The position numbers and the translations under genes were made by a program. The notes beneath the pieces are model-generated. The model made no database searches. It was not told the origin of the DNA and saw only the letters and a list, made by a program, of their open reading frames with translations. This document shows, one piece after another, positions 11,207 to 20,000 of a DNA stretch of 20,000 nucleotides (within the stretch, counting starts at the first letter, position 1; the number at the start of each line of letters is the position of its first letter). The DNA is from Cirrosporium novae-zelandiae (taxonomy: Eukaryota). Where the stretch lies: positions 175,332 to 195,331 of the forward strand of contig JAPETS010000045.1 of assembly GCA_026023565.1 (NCBI GenBank), written 5' to 3'.

Positions 11207-11456
11207 CCATTCAATCATTCTTTTATGTCAACATCCTGAATATTTGCGGCCAAGGTCTGTCTCCGAATAGCTATGATTTGCAACATGTGAGGATTTCTGC
11301 AAACTATCGATTGACATTGTTATTTATGAGTAGTTGGCAATCATCAAAACTTAGGATGGCTCCTTTAGCATCAACTGCTGCCAGGCTCACCTTTATTAAC
11401 AGAGAGTTGAATTGACCATAGATGGATGTATTTTCTTGTTAACTAAATAATATACT

Positions 11457-13465
11457 ATGTCCTCTTCATTTTTAGATCTTGAAAATCTTCATGTTTTTAT
11501 AACTGGCGCTGCTGGTGGGATTGGAGGTGAAGCAGCGAACGAATTCCTTCGTGAGTGAGCAGCTCTCGTCCGGAATGCTGTAAGTATATGTATCAACCAA
11601 CTACCATTCGTGGGATTTTTTTTTTCAATTTCTCTAAGCAGATTAAATCACTAATCCAATAATTTTCACAGGAAACGGTTGTAAAGTCACCGCGCATGAT
11701 ATACACCCTATTGCCACCAGCACCCCCTCACCCAATCTCTTCACCGTCCAAGGCGATGTCGCTTCTGAAATCTCTCTCTAAAATTGCATGACTCAAGCAA
11801 TCGCGCATCATGGTCCCATCAATATTCTCATCGCTAATACTGGAATCACCGATTAAGGTCATGAATTTCCCATATGGGAGATGCCAGTTGAACGTTGGCA
11901 AAGAATTTACAGCACCAACGTCCTCGGGTGCTTCGTTCCCATTAAAACTTTTCTCCAGGCTGCGAAGAAGGAACAGGAGAAAACCGGAAAGGAGCTTGAA
12001 AACCTCAGTGTCGTCATAACTAGCTCTGAATGCGGCAAGTTCGGCCAGGCAGGACATTCGGAGTATGCAAGCGGGAAAGCTGGGCTACAATATGGCCTTG
12101 TACGTAGTGTGAAGAACGAGATCGTGAAGCTAAATAGCAAGGCTAGGATTAATGCTATTGCTCCAGGGTGGACCGACACTCCTTTAATCAAAGGAAGATT
12201 GGACGACCCGAAGGAGCCGTGGGCTGAGTTCCAAGCTGCGTACGTTATTATATTTAATTGTCCATTAAATCTCGAAACTTATACGTACTAGCACACCCCC
12301 TAGAGTCCTCCTCAGAAAAATCACAACCCCCCAGGATGTTGCTCGAACAATGGCCTTCCTCTCCTCCTACCACGCCGCGGGCCACATCTTAAGCGAATGC
12401 ATTAGTGTCGACGGTAGCATGGAGGGCCGTCTCATTTGGAAGGAATCGGAAATTCTCACATCCACACAAACCTCCACCTTCCCAATCCCACCCTTTATCC
12501 ACAAACCGCCATCGCAAAAACGTGTATGAGTTGCCCTCTCAGTCGACTTCGACGCCCTCTCGGGTTGGCTAGGAACCGGCCAACACGCGGATAACACCCT
12601 CTCGGACTATTCCTCAGGCATATTCGCAGGCCAGGTCGGTGTTCCCCGCCTGCTCCAGCTCTTCAAAAAGCACTGCGTTGCAGATAAAATGACCTGGTTC
12701 ATCCCAGGCCATTCCATGGAGACGTTCCCCTTGGAGATCACGGCGATCGTAGAAGCAGGTTGCGAGATAGCGCTGCATGGGTATTGCCATGAGGGAGCAT
12801 ATCAGATGACCACGTCGCAGGAACGCGACGTCCTCGCAAAGTGCCTTGAGCTGGCGTGGAACCTGACAGGCAAAAAGCCCTCCGGATATCGCGCCCCGCT
12901 TTATCAGCTCCGAGAAAGCACGATTGCTCTCTTGGAGGAACATGGATTTCTATATGACTCCTCCCTAACCCATCATGATTCTCAACCTTACTTCGCACCT
13001 TCTCCTACCCCGCCCCCGTCGGACACGAACTCTCCGTCCGGTCCTCCCAATTTCTCCCTACCCGCGTCGACTTGGATGCACCCGACGCCCCTTCCCGCTC
13101 CTTCCTCGACTTTAGTTGAGATCCCCGCGAATTGGTACATGGAAGACATGACGCCACTTCAATTCTGGCCGCACACGCATAACAGTCATGGATATGTCGA
13201 CGTACGTCAGATGGAACAAATGTGGAAAGACCGGTTTGAATGGTTGTGGAGTAACTCTGAGGGAGAAGGGGAAAATGGAGGGTTTATCTTCCCTTTGGTC
13301 TTACATCCTGATAATAGTGGAATGTCTCATGTGATTGGGATGGTGGAGAGAATATTAGTGTAGTTGAAGAAATGGGGTGACGGAGTGGAGTTTTGGAGGT
13401 ATGAGGATATCGCCAAAGCCTTTAAGGAGAATAATAAGAGGTCACCTTCACAGACATGTACATAA
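11457..13465 (+). pseudogene. Pseudogene of a short-chain dehydrogenase/reductase fused to a polysaccharide deacetylase (CE4, HpPgdA-like); 3 exons (11457-11550, 11672-12239, 12304-13465), 607 codons
   Basis: SDR motifs: VFITGAAGGIG, ILIANTGIT (NAG variant), EYASGKAG (YxxxK), RINAIAPGW, ECISVDGSMEGR. CE4 motifs: VALSVDFDA, EIALHGYCHE, GYRAPLY, YDSS, VEIPANWY, FPLVLHPD. One continuous frame after splicing, interrupted by TAA 11779-11781, TAA 11854-11856, TGA 12527-12529 and TAG 13361-13363. Terminal TAA 13463-13465. Confidence 0.88.
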
Positions 13466-13687
13466 GAACATCAAAGAATTATGTTTTGTATAACGACTGA
13501 ACACCTCATTATAAGTACACATCAAACAACGATAGAAACATGGAGCTATGGATGTGAGTACAAGTGTAGCAAATCCCCTGAAGCCAACCCATGCTTGTTA
13601 TTCACCCCCTAAAGGCCATACAATGCAAAGCGAAAAGGTCACGCAAGCATCTTCTAATCATAACCCCGGAACATAGTATTCTTCCTC

Positions 13688-15705
13688 CTAAGTAAAGTTA
13701 TTCAGATCAGTAAGAACGCGCCGTAGCGTCTCGTCGTCCATTCCTGATTGAGTTGTTTGAATTAAGTTTTCCTCCTCCGGGTCCTTATTTTCTTCATTGC
13801 TGTCGCGAAGTTGGCTGAGTTTCGAAGTCTTTCTCGAAGGCCGTTGTTTCTCTCCGCTGACAGTGGTAGCAGATCTCTTTCTTTTGCTTTCTACAGCAGT
13901 TTTCGGAGATTCGTTAGTGCCATTGGTCCGACTAGCAACACATCCTGAAGCAGATGATATTTTCTTTCCACCCTTGACATCACCTTCTCTCCCTTCCTTT
14001 TTGCCCTTGATATTACCTGTAGGTCTTGTGTGAACTTTCGTAGCAGGTATACTCTCATTTCCGACGCCGTTGTTGGATTCAATTTCGGCGGCAACGGGAG
14101 TAGTCGAGGCTTCCCGTGAGCCCGGTTGCAGCAATTCTTGGATTGATACCCTGGTGTGGTTTGCATACGAGGCACTCCTCGCATCAGCTGCAGCGGAGGG
14201 TCTTGTTCCCATAGCTGGTGTGGACACAGTGCTACTAATTCGAGGATTGGATGGAGCAAATGTACCACTTGTTCCATTTTTGCGGAGGCCTTCATGAATT
14301 TCGTCAGGTAAGTTCAGCGGCATTGAACTAGAAGTGCTCGGAATCAGGCTCGGGGTTCTGCTATAGTAGATGTTGAAGTCGGAAGCGTTGCGGCTGCTAT
14401 CAAAGCTTGAAGCTGAACAGTCTGGCATAGATTGGTCATCAGAGCCACGGAAACCCCTGTTTGCAGTTTCTAGAAATGGATCTGGACCGTCAGGAGGAGA
14501 AATGTTCGCGGTTGGTATAGTATTCCATGAAGGAATGGCATAATGTTCTCTTTGTAATGGTATGGGATGCATAACAGGCCATTGAAAAGCTGGTTGAAGG
14601 GATGTAACTTGAATATCCTCCATTAAAGCACTAGCACACTCTTGGTGTTGACTACGGGGTGATAAAGTAGGTGAATGACTATGGGCTTCTGTTGAAATCA
14701 TAAGCTGCCCAGACAGTACCGTGCTGCGGCCCATAGGGTACTGGGGAGGCAGAATTTGGAGCCACATCCCTGAGTTCGGCCAGGCAATCCCGCAATTTTC
14801 CAGTATGTCTATTCGTATCAGTAACCCTATTTACAGGCTATAAATTTAATAGACTCACTTAGAGGTACATGCTGCCATGAGAACACCGCCAGCTGTTTTA
14901 CCCTTCGGAATGGCAGCGATTCAGTGTTTGAGATACCTTCGGAAATGATCACTTTGATACGTCCAATATTCTCTGAAGGATTCCACCAGCGTTCTTGTAA
15001 TAGTTCGTTATGGAAAGCTGGAAATAGGAGCTGTTCGGGATCACCTTCCTTATTGAGTTCTCGAACCTCGTTAAATAAAGTGATGAGAGATGAAGAATTT
15101 GTGACTTACGAATTCCGTGAGCTGTAAAAGTTGTCAGTTACCAACTTGCATCCTTGAAGATCAAAGCATATTAAGACTTACTAAGAACCTGTGGCCAGAG
15201 TGCATCCTCCTTCAAGAAGATACCCCTAGATTATGGGGAGTTAGATTTCGGCCTCCCAAGAAAGCCTCGAATTCGGAGTCGTGGTTATAGTGAGGACTTA
15301 CGCTTTGTAGGTACCATCGATGAATACTCTAGCTTCCCATAATACCGTATCATTTTCTCCACACAGGGATTCTATAGTCTTGCTAGGTTGAGGTGTGTCC
15401 CAATTATGAATGGATACGAGAAAGGGGCTATGTACTTTAAGCCCGGGCACGAACGAGGTGACCAAAGGGGTCTGGCTAGGAGAGATAAGGCCATGAGGGT
15501 TTGGAAGCCCACGATCGAGAAACATCTGAGGAGAACCGGTATCTAAGGATGCCTGGTTAGCATTGAGGTGAAGAATGGACAGTATTTCTGATTATTTGAC
15601 TAGCTTACCAAGGTCCTGAATAACATTGCAAGCTGTCTTGAACTCCTGGATGGGAGCTCTGTGGTTCTCAGGGAACAAAAGCACATCCCAGTTCTGGTAC
15701 CTCAT
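13688..15705 (-). CDS. Uncharacterised filamentous-ascomycete protein (N-terminus MRYQNWDVLLFP, long disordered C-terminus); 6 exons (15705-15609, 15542-15302, 15225-15182, 15121-15110, 15059-14859, 14808-13688), 571 aa
   Basis: Spliced N-terminus: MRYQNWDVLLFPENHRAPIQEFKTAC...TPLVTSFVPGL...FLVSIHNW...WEARVFIDG...WPQVLTHGIQLNKEGDPEQLLFPAFH...GRIKVIISEG...FSWQHVPLNILENCGIAWPNSGMW. All five donors are GTAAG/GTGAG; the CDS totals 1716 nt with no internal stop. I recall this N-terminus as a widespread fungal hypothetical family. The basic KRKRS stretch near the C-terminus is a possible NLS. Confidence 0.82.
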
Positions 15706-17207
15706 CGTGTTGGAAGGTAAAACTAATCGTAAATTGAAGTACTTGGTTGGCCTGATTAGTCTGTGTGTGGGTAAATAGTCAAACTGTAAATCTGGAGGAT
15801 TCAGAGAAAAGAAGTTGTGTCCTAAGGAAAGTCATGATAACAGGAAAGAAGAAGTAGCGTAGGTATTCTGCAAGTATTCCATCCCATTTAGGTAATTTCC
15901 AATCCGCCGTTACCGAATTGCCGGAACCCTTCACAGGATGGCAAGACCAGGCAGTTACAATCATTAGAATCCTGTTCTGTAAAGTTAGATCTAGCAAATT
16001 AGTCTTGGCAATCGCCTGCTCTACAATTCGAGAAAAGTTGATGTCGAGAAAATGCCAAAAGAGAAAAGAGAAGGTCTCATTGGCTACATATCATCTTAGA
16101 AGCTAACAAAAGAGAATAACAGTATAATAATCAGGCTTTTTTCTTCATTGCAGTTTGGTATCATGCACCTTATCAGCTTCCGCCGCAGGCATAGCTTCGT
16201 GATCTCCAAGAGCGCCCGACACCTGCAATACCACAGGAAACAACACGACCACATAATTGCTTAATAACATCATGAGTACTTTTTACATGCTTGCCTAGCG
16301 CCCCCAAAACCCACCCACAAACCATCAGTCAAAAGGGAAAATCCATGACTAGATAAAACTTATACACGAGAGGGAAGAGAACTTGGGGGTCCTACAAATG
16401 GAATGCGAAAGCCAAGCACAAACAAGTCTCCATGTAAACCTTTCTTCTCCTATTGCGCAAACACGCTGTCATATCCCCGTCCCTCCGCCTCAAGTCGGTT
16501 GGCAATTTCTTGTCTATTATCCACATATGTCTCATTCAGCCGATTCACCGAGAGAGGGTCAATTGGAGTGGGCGTGTCTGCAGGAACGGAGCCTGGGGGG
16601 CCTTGAGGGGCGGCGCCAGGCAAAGGTGGTGGATGGGAGTGGGCTGCATAGGGACTGTAAGAGGAACCGTTAGCTTCTACTAGTCCACTGGCTTGAGTAC
16701 TTCAAAACTAAATTGCGCCAGTGGAAAAATGCCAGCATGGATACTAAAAGGTCGATAAGAATACGCCAAGGGAACACCAATACAAAGAAAATCGATAGCT
16801 AGAGATCCAACAGGAACTGGAACGTGAGTGAAGTTTGGTTTATTGCATTTTCAATTCAAGGGAACGTATGAGAATTGCCCAGTAATTATGATAGCGAAAC
16901 TGGCCCCTTGATGAGAAACGGTTCCAGAAACAGCTACATGGAAGTCAGATGACTCATGGCATCATGAAATCGTTCCACAAGGAGACACTCTGATGTACAG
17001 CCAGTCTAGAAAAAGGAAATTAAAAAAAGAAACATGTCAGGGAAAAACTTTTGCAGGTGACCTCCCGAAGATTGTTGGTATAACGCTAAGCAATGCAACC
17101 ATCAAGAGCCAGGCAGCCTAGAAGATAATAGCTAGTCGGAAGAAACCCCATCGCTAATTTGACGTACAACTCCTTGGTGTTGCAAAGCGCAGATAAGAGA
17201 AAGTTCC

Positions 17208-18650
17208 TTACTATAAGAAGTTAGCAATTGTTCACGTGCCCAGAGCGTAGGAGAAAAAAGCATACCTTCATTGGGGCGAAATTTCCGAATGTATGGGAGG
17301 GAGGCATTCCCATCGAAGGATAGACTGGGGGTGGTGGAGCGGGGCGGTAAGGAGTGCCAGCAGGGCCGGAATTGTTCTGGCTCCGACCCCAGCTCAAACG
17401 AACGCGCGAATTACCGATAGGATAACCTTGCATCTGGTTGATAGCCATCTCGGCAGCATGACGTTGAACAAATTGAACAAATCCACATCCTTTACCAGGG
17501 GGAATCTTAACGTAAGTAATTTCACCAAAGCCTTGGAAGAACGAACGAAGTTCATCTTCAGTAACGTAGCCAGAAAGGCCACCAACGAAGACAGTGGTAT
17601 TGTTAGGGTCAGTGAATTGATTCATTGGCTGTGGAGCGCCGTAGTAACCCATTGGTGGAGCTCCCATCGAATACATGCCCATAGGCCCACCGGCACCTGG
17701 CATACCCATACCTCCAGGAGCACCGGCATTGTTCTTATTCTTTGGTGTGGCGGTTGAGATTCGCATAGGGCGATTACCGCAGTAAACGCCTTGCATTTCA
17801 CTTAGGGCGCGTTGTTGGTCATTTTCGTCATGGAAGCGAACGAAGCCATATCCACGAGACATGCCGGAAATTGGATCAGTCATAATCTTGGCTGATTTGC
17901 AAGATGGGAAACGATTCTGGAATAGAGACACGAGAACGAATTCGTTGACCTCAGGACCCAAGTCGCCGACGAAAATCGAATATTCAGGGCCACGGTCATC
18001 TCGGCTATTTATTGTTAGCATTAAGTTCAATTTATAGCTCGAACGAACAAACCTTCGGTCAGCGAGACCGCCACCGGAAGCCCAGTTAAGCTTGAAGGGA
18101 CGATTAGTATTTGGGATTGGTTTTCCATTAAGTTGAAGTGCATTTGCAGCAGCAGCAGGGCTAGCAAAGTCGACAAAACAGTAACCAGCATTGCTTCTAA
18201 ACATCAGTACGCATCAGACGTGATCCCCGACGACTACGGGAAAAACAATGCTTACCCAGAGAATTTATCACGAATCATCTTTACCTGAACCTGTTCACCT
18301 ATACCATACCAAACGCTACGGACAAAGTTTTCATCAATCCAGGGCTCCAGTTCGCCCATCCTAATAAAATTGTTAGCAAATCACTTCAATCTCCCCGAGG
18401 AGTTCATTCTCGCTTATCTGCAGACATACCAAAGTGTGGTTTTCGCATCGCCACCTTGTTGAGGACCGGGTCCACCAGCCGATCCTGGTTCTCCAGCGCT
18501 ACTGCCTTGGAAAGGTGCCGGGGTAATAGCATCAGATCCTGGTTGAGCAGCCATGGGATTCTCCTGAGGTGGAGCGGCTCCCGGAGTTGCTGCAGCAGCC
18601 TCTGGGCCAGGGTGCTGGTTTTGAAAGGAATCGTAATTTTGGAAACTCAT
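17208..18650 (-). CDS. NAM8: Triple-RRM RNA-binding protein of the Nam8/Ngr1/Csx1 family; 5 coding exons (18650-18430, 18360-18256, 18196-18053, 18004-17266, 17210-17208), 403 aa
   Basis: RRM1: TTLWMGELEPWIDENFV...NAGYCFVDF...FKLNWASG. RRM2: YSIFVGDLGPEV...SRGYGFVRF...RPMRISTATPK. RRM3: DPNNTTVFVGGLS...KGCGFVQF...VRLSWGRS. Canonical introns with GCTAAC/CTGAT branch sites; CDS totals 1212 nt. Confidence 0.92.
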
Positions 18651-18775
18651 GATTGCAAATAAGAGTTCGGAAAACTACAGTGTGTCGAATATGGAAGATA
18701 TTGACGCTGAAAAAAGCGACGAGATCTGAGATTGAAATGATGTAAAGTAGTAAGACGATCAAGGAATAGTGAGAA

Positions 18776-18889
18776 CTAGGAGCATATATGTTAGCATAGT
18801 AGATGAATCTTAGAGGTGATAAATATCAATTGATATCACTTCATCTATCTTGCCAAAGGCGGGGTAAGCGAAGAAATCAGATAACTTAC
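18776..18889 (-). other. 5'-UTR intron of the NAM8-like gene
   Basis: Minus strand reads GTAAGT (18889)...ATGCTAACATATATGCTCCTAG (18776): perfect donor, branch point and acceptor about 125 nt upstream of the ATG. Confidence 0.7.
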
Positions 18890-19969
18890 ACTGTAAGATT
18901 GACTCGGATCTCCAATCAATCTGAGATTGTAGAAGATAGATAGTGAAGATCGTCAAACGTTAATCGTAGAATCTTCCCCGCAACCGTGATATGACTCCTT
19001 GAAGCTTGACAGAGAGGTACACGTAAAAGGCCGAAAGAACTTTTCCCAGATTGACACTCCGTTGATAACTTGATTAAGTGTACGTGAGATATCGTAACGA
19101 AAGGAGGATGAACGTTGGTCTTGTGAAGATTCGTTTCAATGAGAAAAAAGCTCCAAGGCACGCTGAAACGATTCACTGGTGGATCTGGGAATAATGATTT
19201 AAGTATTAGCCTGCGCCTACCCGATAACGTAAGATAAGTCTTGAGAGTGAATATGTTTTGAAGTGGGCTAGACCAGAGCAGCGGCAGAAATAGAAAAGAC
19301 GACCAAGTCTAGATGTCTGATCGCATTAGGGAATTTTGATGTGGACGGTTCAAGTTTTTTTTTCCTCTTCTCTCTTGAGACTGGGAAAACATGAATGCTG
19401 CTCACAGCTCTCAACAACAAAACAATGCCTTAGACGAGAGTTAGGTTCAGCAGTTGGTGTCGCAAATACACTCACTACAGTAAGAGCTGGGTCTGGGCAG
19501 GTGCGACGTTGAAATCGCAAAATAATTTGATGTAATTTGCGACCAGGCGACTTTGGAGGGGAAGAATAACGAAAGGACAGACACTCACGACTAGAGACAG
19601 TTACACAGGGCGCGCACGCAAACAAAATGCTAAAATCGATCCGAGTACAGGAAATCAAGGAACTCCCGCGACACACAAGGACACGAAGGACGAGATTAAC
19701 CCGCACCAAAAAGATGCTTGTTGGTTGTTGAGGGATAGAGAGAAAAGTGGCGAGTGGGAAGCGGAAGAAGAGGAAGTAGGTAAGAGTGAATTGGAGGGGA
19801 AGGGAAGGGCGGCTAAAAGAGTGAATAAGTGGTAGATTTTGGGTAAGACTGGGTTTTGACTGGGGTTTGGCTGGGAACAAGCCTCAAGCCTTTTTTTCTG
19901 ACCTTTTTTGGGATCTTTTGAGATCTTTGCGCTTTTTCGCTGGTTTCGCTGGTTTTTGCCGCCTTTATT

Positions 19970-19997
19970 GGGGGGGAGGGGGGGGGGGGGGGGGGGG
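19970..19997. repeat. Poly-G tract (G7-A-G20)
   Basis: Read directly from the sequence at the window end. Confidence 0.9.
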
Positions 19998-20000
19998 AAC

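Noticed and set aside
11779..13363. Stops in the SDR-deacetylase repaired by fungal A-to-I editing or read through by an alternative genetic code
   Set aside because: Only TAG 13361 (at a likely Trp position) fits UAG>UGG editing. The two TAAs and the TGA fall at positions that do not look like Trp. All three stop types also terminate neighbouring genes normally, so pseudogenisation is the simpler explanation.
5528..13465. Purine cluster (APRT plus a PuuE-type allantoinase plus permease)
   Set aside because: The CE4 domain has Asp-His-His ligands (PgdA-like), not the PuuE Glu-His-Trp set. The permease is APC-type, not a nucleobase transporter. APRT is a housekeeping gene 2.8 kb away.
16383..16683. 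Three overlapping plus-strand ORFs
   Set aside because: Short, no motifs, in a GC-richer intergenic/UTR patch; consistent with chance.
16909..16993. TGATGA...CTGA spacing resembling a box C/D snoRNA
   Set aside because: The C box lacks the leading purine, there is no terminal stem, I recognise no rRNA-complementary guide, and it lies antisense to the presumed NAM8 3' UTR.
19350..19880. 176-aa minus-strand ORF upstream of NAM8
   Set aside because: It starts at TTG and translates a CT-rich tract. It is better explained as 5' UTR, although a near-cognate uORF cannot be fully excluded.

Overview
Intron-containing genomic DNA from a filamentous ascomycete (GT..AG introns of about 48-120 nt with CTRAC/GCTAAC branch points). 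There are five apparently intact genes and one pseudogene. In order: (1) a 5'-truncated EDEM/Mnl1-like GH47 mannosidase with a PA domain (+, 2-2815); (2) adenine phosphoribosyltransferase (-, 5528-6297, 2 exons) inside a microsatellite-rich island; (3) an APC-family choline/GABA-type permease (-, 9138-10955, 5 exons); (4) transcribed divergently from it, a short-chain dehydrogenase fused in frame to a CE4/PgdA-like deacetylase (+, 11457-13465), now a pseudogene with four in-frame stops and no frameshift; (5) an uncharacterised protein starting MRYQNWDVLLFP (-, 13688-15705, 6 exons including a 12-nt micro-exon); (6) a Nam8/Ngr1/Csx1-like triple-RRM protein (-, 17208-18650) whose last intron lies directly before the stop codon and which has a long, AUG-depleted, intron-containing leader. 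The most interesting system is the head-to-head permease / SDR-deacetylase pair with a perfect double-GATA palindrome between them. It looks like a nitrogen-regulated uptake-and-catabolism module whose enzyme half has been inactivated. All exon structures were derived by hand from splice signals and frame continuity; family assignments rest on motif recognition, not database searches.
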